Assembly (NCBI RefSeq): GCF_000737315.1
Contig: NZ_JMCB01000003.1
Coordinates: 372,001-436,000 of the forward strand
DNA from: Hyalangium minutum
GTDB lineage: Bacteria > Myxococcota > Myxococcia > Myxococcales > Myxococcaceae
DNA: 64,000 bases
Reading direction: 5' to 3'
Part shown: piece by piece, positions 55,266-64,000 of the stretch
Numbering within the stretch: the first letter of the stretch is position 1
How the letters are laid out: each line of letters begins with the position of its first letter
Position numbers and translations under genes: made by a program
The notes under the pieces: model-generated
Database searches by the model: none
What the model was told of the DNA's origin: nothing
The model's input: only the letters and a program-made list of their open reading frames with translations

Positions 55266-56753
55266 CTACTTCGAGCCCGGCTTGGGCGGAGCGTTCGGCT
55301 TGCGATCGTCCTTCGTGCCGGGGGTGGCGGTGGGGCCCTCGGGCGGAGGCCCGGGATCCTTGGCCCGGGGATCGCGCTTGTCCTCGGGCTGCGCCTGGGC
55401 CTGCTGGGCCTTGTACTGCGCATTGAGCTCCGCGAACTTCCCCTGGCGCTCCAGGGCCCACAGATCCTCGTCCGTCACATAGGGCCGGTTGAGGATCTTC
55501 CGCGCCGCGAGGATCTTCGCCTTCAGCAGCGGGTCCGCCACCGGGTTGTTGTTCTCCTTGGTGGGCTTGGCCGGCGGGCGCATCACCGAGAACGCGCCCC
55601 GCGCGGGCCGGCCCTCGGAGTCCTTGCCCTCCACGTAGTACTCCAGGGAGAAGACGTCCGGATCCTTATGAGTGTCGAGCTTCACGTCGAACTCGATGCC
55701 CTTACCCGGCGGGACGATGCTGGTGCCCAGCAGCGACGAGGGATCCACCACCTGCTCCGGGGACGGCGCTGTGGGGGCCATCAGGTGCCGGAATCTCACC
55801 GTGTTGTGGACGAACACGGGCCGGTCCTGCGTGTGGAACATCCGGACCTTCTGCCGCACCACCCCATCGCTGCCCAGCTCCGGGAAGCGCGGCGTGAGCT
55901 GCACCAGCAGCGTCACCACGCCCTTGGTGGCCAGATCCTCGTAGGCCGGGTTGAGCAACTGCAGCGAGGTGCGCCCCACCACCGGCTCTTCCCCGCTGCT
56001 GCCATGCACCTTCACCTGGATCAGGAGGTTCGAGTACATCGCCTCCTGCTTGCGGCCCTCGTAGCTGTGGGTGACGTGCGGCACGTCCGTGGTGATCGTC
56101 TCCCCGTCCCCGAAGGTCCACTCGTACGAGCGTGGCTTGAACGGCACCACTGAGACGTTCCCGGGCGGAGGGTTCTCCACGAGCTTCACGTCGAAGTCGT
56201 ACTCGCCCCAGGTGTTTGCCCGGAGGTTGAAGGTGATCAGCGCCATGCGCGGGGGCTTGCACGGCTTCACCGTGAAGGTAGGCACCTCCACCCGCGTGGT
56301 GACGTTGTCCTTGCCGAAGACCAGCACCTCCAGCTTCGGCTGCTCGCCGTCATCCGCGATCCACGAGCGTACCGGTGCCCGCTGCCCCTGCCGCCCACCG
56401 ATCGTGTAGTGCAGGAAGGCATCCGATCCATCCGGGGTGTGGGCCCGGACAGTGATCAGGTTCTCCTCGCCCTCGCACACCTCGGGCTTCTCCACGGTGA
56501 TCTCGTCGATCACCGGAGCGGCCGGGTCCGCCTTCGCCTCGGCGGGCGGAGGCGGTGCCTCGGGGGCGGTGGGCTCGGGCTTCGGAGCAGGAGCCGGGGG
56601 GGCCTCCGCCACCTTCGGACCGGGCATGGCCGGCGGCGGCGGAGTGGCCACGGCGGGAGGGGTGTCCCCCGGCCAGAGCCAGACAACCAGCGCCACCACC
56701 ACGCACGCCCCGACCGCGGCGATTCCCGCCTTCCGTCTCCTGCTCTCGCTCAC
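55266..56753 (-). CDS. Membrane-anchored PKD-domain protein
   Basis: N-terminal TM, Pro-rich linker, YEWTFGDGETITTDVPHVTHSY PKD signature. Confidence 0.75.
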   Translation of the reverse strand: MSESRRRKAGIAAVGACVVVALVVWLWPGDTPPAVATPPPPAMPGPKVAEAPPAPAPKPEPTAPEAPPPPAEAKADPAAPVIDEITVEKPEVCEGEENLITVRAHTPDGSDAFLHYTIGGRQGQRAPVRSWIADDGEQPKLEVLVFGKDNVTTRVEVPTFTVKPCKPPRMALITFNLRANTWGEYDFDVKLVENPPPGNVSVVPFKPRSYEWTFGDGETITTDVPHVTHSYEGRKQEAMYSNLLIQVKVHGSSGEEPVVGRTSLQLLNPAYEDLATKGVVTLLVQLTPRFPELGSDGVVRQKVRMFHTQDRPVFVHNTVRFRHLMAPTAPSPEQVVDPSSLLGTSIVPPGKGIEFDVKLDTHKDPDVFSLEYYVEGKDSEGRPARGAFSVMRPPAKPTKENNNPVADPLLKAKILAARKILNRPYVTDEDLWALERQGKFAELNAQYKAQQAQAQPEDKRDPRAKDPGPPPEGPTATPGTKDDRKPNAPPKPGSK

Positions 56754-56763
56754 TGCTCCGTCC

Positions 56764-57843
56764 TTAGAACCAGCACCCGTAAACGTTGCCGCCGGAGTTC
56801 CACTGGATCGTGTTGGTGGTGTCGTACGCCCACACGCTCACGCCTGTGCCGGTGTACGGGTGGCCGCTCCAGCCACCGAGCCGATCCGGGCTGATGGACC
56901 GCGACACCGTGGCCCCATTGTTGGAGATGTTGTTCCAGACGTTGGCGTCGTCCGTGTCGCACCGGCCCGCGGCCATACAGTTGCGCACTTGGCGGCCCGC
57001 GTCGTCACAGATGTTCTCGAAGCAGGTGATGGTGGAGCCCACGCTGGACCAGAAGCCCAGGCCCGTGTTGCACTCGTTCTGCACCGAGTTGTAGAGCGAG
57101 TTGCCCGCCGTCTGCAGCTTGCCGTGATCGTACGTGTACGCGTCGACCACGCCGAGGCCCGCCTTGTACTGCGCGTGGGCGAGCATCGTGGAGCACACCA
57201 TGCCGTTGTTCCAGCCGGCGCCGCCATAGTTCACCGACTCGAGGTCGCGGTACTGATAGAGCACGTAGTTCAGCGGCGCGCCGTTGGGGCCCAGGTAGCG
57301 CTGCAGCGTCACGCCGCCGTTCTGCTTGGACGTGGCCGCCACCGTCGGCATGGAGCTGAGGAGCCAGTTGGAGACGCTCTCCCCGTTGGTGTTGTAGCCC
57401 GCGGAGTTGCGGCTGCGCTGATAGCCGAGGTACTGGAGGCTGCCACTGCCGCCGTAGAGGTACTGATAGATGGCGCCCTGGTTGATGCGGCCCGCGCCCG
57501 GATAGCCCGAGGTCAGCTCGCCGGCCTTCAGCGGCGTGCTGCAGTAGGTAGGCCAGCCGTTGGTGCCCGGCGTGTACATCGTCTCGTGCGTCACATCGCC
57601 GCCGGGGCCGTGAGAGAACATCGAGTGCGTCCGGTACTCGCCTACCGCATCCAGCACCGCGGCCACTGGGCCACCGCCACCGCCACGGCTGAGCACGAGC
57701 GCGCCGTTGGGGGCGCTCCAGCCAGCGGCGGTGCTGCCGCACGCGGCGTCGCCGGTACCAGAGGAGCCAGCGAAGGCAACAGGCGCGGTCATCGCAGCAG
57801 CCACGAGGGCCGCGTTGCGGAAGGTCTTCACTGCATTCGACAT
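56764..57843 (-). CDS. Secreted protein, probable permuted papain-like (YiiX/NlpC-P60 type) fold
   Basis: Start ATG 57843 with signal peptide; His (RTHSM) well upstream of Cys (MVCSTMLA), the order seen in permuted NlpC/P60 enzymes; several Cys in the C-terminal half. Confidence 0.55.
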   Translation of the reverse strand: MSNAVKTFRNAALVAAAMTAPVAFAGSSGTGDAACGSTAAGWSAPNGALVLSRGGGGGPVAAVLDAVGEYRTHSMFSHGPGGDVTHETMYTPGTNGWPTYCSTPLKAGELTSGYPGAGRINQGAIYQYLYGGSGSLQYLGYQRSRNSAGYNTNGESVSNWLLSSMPTVAATSKQNGGVTLQRYLGPNGAPLNYVLYQYRDLESVNYGGAGWNNGMVCSTMLAHAQYKAGLGVVDAYTYDHGKLQTAGNSLYNSVQNECNTGLGFWSSVGSTITCFENICDDAGRQVRNCMAAGRCDTDDANVWNNISNNGATVSRSISPDRLGGWSGHPYTGTGVSVWAYDTTNTIQWNSGGNVYGCWF

Positions 57844-58014
57844 AGGGTCTTCCTTCACGGGACAGGGGAAAGCCGGGCACTGGAAGAAAATCGAAGAACA
57901 CGGATTGTGTCCCCTCTGAAGACTCCCTGGCAAGGAGGCGCTCAGCGCCGCGTTGAGTCAACCTGTCCCCTCTGTCCGTTATCACGGACGCTTGTCTGTG
58001 TTTCATCCAACCAG

Positions 58015-58284
58015 TCATGGTGAGACATGATCCAAGAGCACGCGCCGCAAGGCTTCAGCCTGCCGCCGCCGCTCGGGATCTGTGTCTCGGAGTGCTTTCT
58101 CTGTATGACTTAGCGCGCGCCCCGGTGCTGTCTTTGCCAGTGCCATGGCCATGAGCAGATGCACCTGCGGATGTTCGGGATGAGCCTCCAGCAGCGGTGC
58201 AAGAATCTGCTCAGCTTGCGCATCCTCCTGGTGCTCCAGGTGGAGCATGGCGCGCTCCAACTCCCGGTAAACGTCTGTTTCCAC
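58015..58284 (-). CDS. Small TPR-like protein or fragment
   Basis: 89 aa (LLEAHPEHPQVHLLMAMAL...ALSHTEKAL) in a lower-GC patch; GTG start. Confidence 0.4.
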   Translation of the reverse strand: METDVYRELERAMLHLEHQEDAQAEQILAPLLEAHPEHPQVHLLMAMALAKTAPGRALSHTEKALRDTDPERRRQAEALRRVLLDHVSP

Positions 58285-58383
58285 AGGCGATCCTTTCGCT
58301 CCGCGCCTCGCGGTGTACGGGACGAAGCAACTTTAGGCCTACATTTTACGACAATTTAAGAAAGCCATCCCCCAGAGCCCACC

Positions 58384-58971
58384 ATGATCTCTCGCACGGA
58401 ACGCGTCGCCCCCCGTCTCCCGCTGGCCTCTACCCCTGAGGTGAGCACCCCGAACCGGCCCACGGTGGCCGAGGCTCCCAAGCCCTTCGCGCGTGACACG
58501 TTCGAGGGCGCATCCGCGGTGCAGCGCACGGCGCAGGTGGCCGCGGCGCCCGCCGGGGATCACGGCAAGCTGATGAGCGAGTACCTCACGGGCGCGCGTC
58601 CTCCTCCGGCGGACTTCAAGCAGGTGATGGGCTACGAGCCCTACCAGATCCAGACGAAGCACGGGCCTCGGATGCAGGATCCGTTCGGTGATGCCTCGGC
58701 GCCTGGGAAGATCGGCCCGGACAAGGAGTTCGACCCGGCGGCCAAGACGCACGACTACGGGTACGATCTGCTCCGGTACTACGCGAAGAAGGGCACGCCG
58801 CTGGCGCCCGAGGCGCGCAAGGCCGCCGATGCGCAGTTCCGCAAGGACCTGTTCGACTACGCCAACGATCAGAAGGGCTTCGGGGACAAGTGGAAGTTCA
58901 AGACGTGGGCACAGATCTACGCCACGGCGGTGGAGCTGAACTCGCTCCGCCAGGGCTACGGGCCTCCGTGA
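58384..58971 (+). CDS. Prokaryotic phospholipase A2-like protein
   Basis: FDPAAKTHDYGYDLL...RKAADAQFRKDL resembles the prokaryotic PLA2 His-Asp motif (xCxxHDxGY...D..F..D). Confidence 0.6.
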   Translation: MISRTERVAPRLPLASTPEVSTPNRPTVAEAPKPFARDTFEGASAVQRTAQVAAAPAGDHGKLMSEYLTGARPPPADFKQVMGYEPYQIQTKHGPRMQDPFGDASAPGKIGPDKEFDPAAKTHDYGYDLLRYYAKKGTPLAPEARKAADAQFRKDLFDYANDQKGFGDKWKFKTWAQIYATAVELNSLRQGYGPP

Positions 58972-58981
58972 TCGGACGGCG

Positions 58982-59911
58982 TTACGCCTGACGCGAGCGG
59001 GGCACCACCTCGCTCGCGATGTGCGCGATCTGATCGCGGACGAAGCGGCAAGCCTCGTCGTCATCCACGGCCGCCGGCCAGAGCAGCTCCATGGGCGCGC
59101 CGAGGAGACCGAACGGGAGCGTCGCGGTCTTCAAGTGCGGACGCACAGTGCGGAGCTGCTGCGCCACGAGCGCCGGCACCGTCGCCAGGAGCGCCGAGCC
59201 GTCGATGAGCGCGCCGAGGTTGGCGAAGCTCGACACGGAGCAGCGGACGCGCCGCGACTTCTGGAGCACGTCCTCGACGACGCCCCGGAGATCTCCGTTG
59301 TACGAGACGACCACGTGCTCGTGGCCGAAGTAAACGTCCTCGGTGAGGGTGCGCTTGAGCCGGGCGTGCCGGGGATCGAAGAGGCAGACGAAGCCGCCCC
59401 AGAAGAGCTCTTGGCGGTGGATGCTGCCGGGGAGCTCGTCGGCGACGGTGATCGCCGCATCGATGGAGCCGGACGTGAGCGTGGCGGCGACGTTGCGGAA
59501 CTGCACGGGGATCGAGATCACCCTCATGCGTGGCGCTTCTCTCTCGAGCACCCGCAGCAGCGCGGGGAGCAGCCACAGCTCGGCGGCATCCGAGAGCCCC
59601 AGGCGGAGCGTGCGCTCGCTCGTCCGAGGATCGAATGTGGGCGGCTCGAGCGCCGCGTCCACGAGGGCCTGCAGGTGCGGACGGATGCTCGCCAGCAGCC
59701 GCTCGCCTCGGGCGGTGAGCGTGAGCCCCCTGCCCTGCCGGACGAAGAGCGGCGCGCCGACAGCGGTGTTCAACCGGCGCAGCGCCGCGCTGACCGCGGG
59801 TTGGGTGAGGTAGAGCCGCGCGGCGGCCTGGGTGACGCTCCTGTTCTCCGCGACGACGGCGAACACTCGAAGCAGGTTGAGATCGAGGTTTCGCCCATAA
59901 ATCTCAGGCAT
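58982..59911 (-). CDS. LysR-family transcriptional regulator
   Basis: LDLNLLRVF...SVTQAAARLYLTQPAVSAALRRL...LFVRQGRGLTLT HTH plus substrate-binding domain. Confidence 0.95.
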   Translation of the reverse strand: MPEIYGRNLDLNLLRVFAVVAENRSVTQAAARLYLTQPAVSAALRRLNTAVGAPLFVRQGRGLTLTARGERLLASIRPHLQALVDAALEPPTFDPRTSERTLRLGLSDAAELWLLPALLRVLEREAPRMRVISIPVQFRNVAATLTSGSIDAAITVADELPGSIHRQELFWGGFVCLFDPRHARLKRTLTEDVYFGHEHVVVSYNGDLRGVVEDVLQKSRRVRCSVSSFANLGALIDGSALLATVPALVAQQLRTVRPHLKTATLPFGLLGAPMELLWPAAVDDDEACRFVRDQIAHIASEVVPRSRQA

Positions 59912-59913
59912 GT

Positions 59914-59933
59914 GTGAAATCCATCCTATTCAC
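59914..59933. promoter_or_regulatory. Putative LysR-type binding site
   Basis: GTGAA-N10-TTCAC inverted repeat containing T-N11-A in the 57-bp divergent lysR/AKR gap. Confidence 0.5.
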
Positions 59934-59968
59934 TGGTTTCATGCGAAGGCCCTGCGTACCTTGAAGCC

Positions 59969-60916
59969 ATGACAAGAGCAATCTCACTGGGCTGCATGGG
60001 CATGTCGGGCATGTACGGGGACTCCGACGAGAACGAGAGCATCGCCACGATCCACGCCGCGCTGGATCGAGGTGTCACGCTGCTGGACACCGGCGACTTC
60101 TACGGAATGGGGCACAACGAGCTGCTGATTGGCCGCGCGCTGAAGGACCGCAAGGGCAAGGCGCAGCTCTCCGTGAAGTTCGGCGCGCTGCGTGGGCCGG
60201 AGGGCTCGTTCATTGGCTTCGACGCGCGCCCCGCTTCCGTGAAGACCTTCCTCTCCTACAGCCTGGTCCGGCTGGGAGTGGACCACATCGACATCTACCG
60301 CCCAGCGCGGCTGGATCCCACGGTGCCCATCGAGGACACGATCGGTGCGATCGCGGACCTGGTGAAGGCCGGCTACGTGCGCAAGATTGGACTCTCCGAG
60401 GTGGGACCGGAGACGATCCGCCGGGCCAACGCGGTCCACCCCATCGTGGATCTGCAAATCGAGTACTCGATCATCAGCCGAGGCCCCGAGGAGAAGATCT
60501 TCCCGCTCCTGAAGGAGCTCGGCATCGCCGTGACGGCTTATGGCGTGCTGGCGCGAGGGCTGCTCACCGGCGTGAAGCCGACGGGCCCGGGGGACTTCCG
60601 CGCACACATGCCGCGCTTCAGCGGCGAGAACCTGGAGCGAAACCAGCCGCTGATCGATGCGCTGGCGCGGATCGCCGCGGAGAAGGGCGTGAAGCCGGCC
60701 CAGCTCGCCATCGCCTGGGCGCTCGCGAAGGGCGAGAACATCATCCCGGTGATCGGCGCTCGCAAGCGCAGCCAGCTCGAGGACGCGCTCGGGGCGCTCG
60801 AGATCAAGCTGTCTCCCGACGAACTCGCCCACCTCGAGAAGGCAGTGCCCGCCTCGGCGGTGGCGGGCACGCGCTACCAGGCGCAGCAGATGGCGCACCT
60901 GGACAGCGAGCGCTAG
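59969..60916 (+). CDS. Aldo/keto reductase
   Basis: LGCMGMS, LDTGDFYG, SVKFG, IDIYRP, IGLSE, QIEYS, IPVIG motifs. Confidence 0.93.
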   Translation: MTRAISLGCMGMSGMYGDSDENESIATIHAALDRGVTLLDTGDFYGMGHNELLIGRALKDRKGKAQLSVKFGALRGPEGSFIGFDARPASVKTFLSYSLVRLGVDHIDIYRPARLDPTVPIEDTIGAIADLVKAGYVRKIGLSEVGPETIRRANAVHPIVDLQIEYSIISRGPEEKIFPLLKELGIAVTAYGVLARGLLTGVKPTGPGDFRAHMPRFSGENLERNQPLIDALARIAAEKGVKPAQLAIAWALAKGENIIPVIGARKRSQLEDALGALEIKLSPDELAHLEKAVPASAVAGTRYQAQQMAHLDSER

Positions 60917-60952
60917 TGTGAGGCCTCTTCCAGCCACGCAGAGGTCCCTCGC

Positions 60953-62368
60953 ATGCGGTCCCTTCTTCTCACCCTCCTCCTGCCGGGCGTCGCAGCCGCG
61001 GGCGAGTTCCATCGCCTCTACGCGGAGGAGGCCTCGGCCAGCAGCTTCCTCAAGAGCAACTGGAACAAGTACGAGGAGAACTACCACCCGAGCTACGTGC
61101 TCGATGACGATCCGAAGACGGCCTGGGTCGAGGGTGCCGAGGGCGACGGGATCGGCGAGTCGCTGACGATCCCCGTGTCGGATCTCCGCTCGGCGCGAGC
61201 CATTCGCCTGGTCATCTTCAATGGCTACCAGAAGTCTTCCAACCTCCTGAGCGCCAACGCCGCCGCCAAGCAGCTCACCGTCACCGTGGCGGGGCCCGGC
61301 GGCCAGCCGTCCGCGAAGAAGCAGCTCACCCTGGAGCGGAAGATGGGGCCTCAGTCCTTCGACATCCCCGTCACGGCGGGTGTTGCCGAGGTGGTGCTCA
61401 CCCTCGACAGTGTCCACCCCGGCTCGAAGTACCGCGACACCTGCATCTCCGATGTGCAGGTGTTCGTGGACAGCGACGTGCCCTACAACCCCACCGTCGA
61501 GAAGGGCAAGCGGGAGCGCATGCTCCAGTGGAAGAAGGGCCGCGTGGCCACGGCGAAGTACTTCGCCTCCCTTCCGAAGACTTACCCCTACGCCTCCACG
61601 CAGTTCGAGCGGAAGTGGGAGAACGAGTTCCTCTCGAGTCGCTTCTCCAAGGTCGAGGACAAGGACGACGACGGAGAGTACGAAACGAAGGTGCTCTCGG
61701 AGGAATACGTTCCGCTCCTGAAGCAGGTCCAGCAAGGGAAGATCCAGGGGCCCCTGTCCGCGGAGGAGCAGGCGCTGTTGAAGGAGCTCGAGGCGCTCTC
61801 GCGAGCGGGTCCCCCCAAGACTGGGAAGTGGTACTCGGTGGTCAAGCAGAAGCCCACCGTCCAGCCCGAGGGCCTTTATTTCTCCCGGTTGCTCGAGCCC
61901 CTGCTCCACCCGGCGGACATGACGCTCTTCGAAGCCCAGGGACAGGGCTCACTCACGCCGGAACCGGTCCCGGGCATGGAGTACGCCTCGGGCTCCGAGG
62001 AGGAGGTCCTCTCCAACTTGCTGCTGCTCGAGGGCTCGGCCACGGACCCGAAGAAGGTGTTCTTCACCTACAAGCAGATCGTCAGCGAGCGCACCACGAG
62101 CACCACCACCCTGCAAGGCGTGGCCCTCATTTCGGAGGGGAAGCTCCAGCGGCTGGTGACCTTTGAAACGTCCCAGCATGAGATCGGTGAGGGCACGAGC
62201 GAGGAAGTGGCCGTCAGTGTGCTGGTCCCTACTTACACCGGGGGCAAGGTGTCGAAGCTGGTGACCACCCGCCTCGAGGATGCCGAGCCCGTGTATGACA
62301 TCTCGGAGGACACCCCCGGCGTCGAGCTGAAGGTGACGACACTGGTGCCTCCCCTCTCCGGTTCATGA
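60953..62368 (+). CDS. Exported protein with N-terminal discoidin/NADase-type glycan-binding-like domain
   Basis: Signal peptide; ASASSFL...YHPSYVLDDDPKTAWVEG..GDGIGESL...IFNGYQKS...DTCISDV. Confidence 0.7.
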   Translation: MRSLLLTLLLPGVAAAGEFHRLYAEEASASSFLKSNWNKYEENYHPSYVLDDDPKTAWVEGAEGDGIGESLTIPVSDLRSARAIRLVIFNGYQKSSNLLSANAAAKQLTVTVAGPGGQPSAKKQLTLERKMGPQSFDIPVTAGVAEVVLTLDSVHPGSKYRDTCISDVQVFVDSDVPYNPTVEKGKRERMLQWKKGRVATAKYFASLPKTYPYASTQFERKWENEFLSSRFSKVEDKDDDGEYETKVLSEEYVPLLKQVQQGKIQGPLSAEEQALLKELEALSRAGPPKTGKWYSVVKQKPTVQPEGLYFSRLLEPLLHPADMTLFEAQGQGSLTPEPVPGMEYASGSEEEVLSNLLLLEGSATDPKKVFFTYKQIVSERTTSTTTLQGVALISEGKLQRLVTFETSQHEIGEGTSEEVAVSVLVPTYTGGKVSKLVTTRLEDAEPVYDISEDTPGVELKVTTLVPPLSGS

Positions 62369-63405
62369 GGATCGCGGTGCTTTGGGCGCTGCTGCTCCCA
62401 GCGGCAGCGGGAGCCGAGCCGCCCTGGAACTTCGGCGCGTTCATGGATCCGGTGCGCATGCCCGCCACCTCGGCGGAGACGTGCGAGCCGTGCCACACCG
62501 AGCAGTACGCCGCGTGGAGCCAGTCGCGCCACCGGCACAGCATGGGCAACGCCATCTTCCTGGATGGCTTCGCCGCAGAGCCCCATGCCCGCTGCGTCTA
62601 CTGCCACGCGCCGCTCGAGTCCCAGGCGAAGGCGGTGCTCCGGTGGCGCCCCAAGGTGGTGCGCGAGCGCAGCCTGGCCTCGGTGCCCGAGGCCTCTCTG
62701 GCGCACGAGGGCATCACCTGTGTGACGTGCCACGTCCGTGACGGCGTGGTGATGTCGCCCAACGCTGGAGCCTCTTCGGACGCCCACCCTGTGCGGTTCG
62801 AGCCGAAGCTGCGGGAGGCCTCCTTCTGCTCGAACTGCCACGAGTTCATGGGGCACGACCTCGTGAACGGCAAGACCGTGCTCACGGATGAGAAGATGCA
62901 GACGACCTGGAGCGAGTGGCTCGCGTGGCGCGCCCAGGGCGGCGAGGGCTCGTGCCAGGACTGTCACATGCCGGGCAAGTCGCACGCGTTCCGGGGGGCG
63001 TATGATCGAGACTACCTGCGTGGCGCGCTGTCTCTAAGCGTGGAGCGGGTGCAGGGAAAGCTCGTCGCGGTGGTCGCGTCTCGCGGGGTCGGACACGCGT
63101 TCCCTACGGGCGACGTGTTCCGCCACCTCATGTTGTGGGCCGATGACACGCTGGTGGCGCGCTTCGGGCAGACCTTCAAGCTCCAGACGACGGCCAGTGG
63201 CGAGCTCGGGCTGCGCCGGACCGGGAACACCAGCCTCCAGCCCTTCGAGCCCGCGCGGGTGGCTCTCCCCGCAGGGACGCGGCGGGTCCGGGTCACGTAC
63301 CACTTCGCCGATGACCGGCACGAGCAGCGTGGAACCGTCCCCTTGGATGACCTCATCGTCGAGCTGGCTGCCCTGGATGTGCCCGCGGCTCCCGAGATGC
63401 AGTGA
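62365..63405 (+). CDS. Pentaheme c-type cytochrome (c554/c552-like)
   Basis: Signal peptide; five CxxCH motifs (CEPCH, CVYCH, CVTCH, CSNCH, CQDCH); start overlaps the upstream stop (ATGA). Confidence 0.85.
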   Translation: MRIAVLWALLLPAAAGAEPPWNFGAFMDPVRMPATSAETCEPCHTEQYAAWSQSRHRHSMGNAIFLDGFAAEPHARCVYCHAPLESQAKAVLRWRPKVVRERSLASVPEASLAHEGITCVTCHVRDGVVMSPNAGASSDAHPVRFEPKLREASFCSNCHEFMGHDLVNGKTVLTDEKMQTTWSEWLAWRAQGGEGSCQDCHMPGKSHAFRGAYDRDYLRGALSLSVERVQGKLVAVVASRGVGHAFPTGDVFRHLMLWADDTLVARFGQTFKLQTTASGELGLRRTGNTSLQPFEPARVALPAGTRRVRVTYHFADDRHEQRGTVPLDDLIVELAALDVPAAPEMQ

Positions 63406-63418
63406 GGCCCTGGCCTCC

Positions 63419-64000
63419 TCAGGGGGCACGTTCCGTGGGACGCAGGCAGTCCAGCTCCAGCTCCCGCAGGAAGGTCAGGAAGGTGTTGTCTCCCACCGCC
63501 GCGCGAGCCTGCTCGACAGAGGCTCGCGCCGCCTCCCAGTCCCTGTCCATCTTGAAGCGCGTGGACTCCAACACGTGCTGGTTCGCCTCGCGCTCTCGGG
63601 CCAGGCGCTGGGCCTCCAGACCCTCGGCCGGCGCCAGCCGCGCGCCCAGGGGCTCTCCCACCGCGAGCAGCTCCTCTGGGTGGAAGGGCCGGTCCGAGTT
63701 GAAGAGGAAGTACTCCACCCGAGGGTGGTCATCCGTCATCGCCGGGTAGCCCTGAGCGTAGCGGCGCAGGGCCTCCGTGCCCGCCACGTAGGTGCCCAGC
63801 AGGCCGTAGGGGCTGGTGAAGCCCACGTCCGCCAGCGAGCGCTCCACGGAAGGCTTGGCCCACTCTTGCTGCCAGCGCGCCCAGTCCACCGTGAGCGGCC
63901 GATCCGAGGCCACGAGGATCGCCTCGTAGTCGGAGGGAATCCACAACGTCACCTCGGAGAAGGCCTCCAGCAGCGAGGTGATCATCCCCCGCGTGAGGTT
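63419..64000 (-). CDS. C-terminal part of a spermidine-synthase-like protein; runs off the right edge
   Basis: ...LLEAFSEVTLW...AILVASDRPL...AMTDDHPRVEY pattern typical of the C-terminus of fused MFS/spermidine synthases. The frame stays open to 64000. Confidence 0.55.
   Translation of the reverse strand, partial: NLTRGMITSLLEAFSEVTLWIPSDYEAILVASDRPLTVDWARWQQEWAKPSVERSLADVGFTSPYGLLGTYVAGTEALRRYAQGYPAMTDDHPRVEYFLFNSDRPFHPEELLAVGEPLGARLAPAEGLEAQRLAREREANQHVLESTRFKMDRDWEAARASVEQARAAVGDNTFLTFLRELELDCLRPTERAP

Overview
GC-rich myxobacterial chromosome segment (gene content points to Cystobacterineae/Archangiaceae; inference). Conserved-looking housekeeping blocks are tRNA-Leu(CAA), a dmxB-like REC-GGDEF cyclase plus FAD-fold/REC partner, miaA, hisS, psd, metallophosphoesterase, PilZ, PfkB, mlaEFD, an RluA-family synthase, an M16 peptidase pair, a LuxR response regulator and a HAD 5'-nucleotidase. 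They alternate with accessory blocks rich in Ser/Thr kinases, secreted or lipoprotein genes and decayed gene fragments. The strongest candidate for an undescribed system is 49.1-55.2 kb. A 768-aa protein there joins a degenerate DHH/NrN-like N-terminal region to a CorA-like two-TM C-terminus, an architecture I associate with type III CRISPR effectors, although no cas gene or array is visible in the window. It is interleaved with two paralogous exported CsgG/FlgO-like proteins and a DUF4145(HEPN-like)-TM-TPR protein. A second readable system at 5.6-13.4 kb is a kinase/FHA-sigma54-activator circuit. It has a shared 26-bp palindromic element upstream of both regulator genes and sigma54-type promoters pointing at flanking secreted-protein genes. 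All family calls are by-eye motif recognition; no database searches were run.
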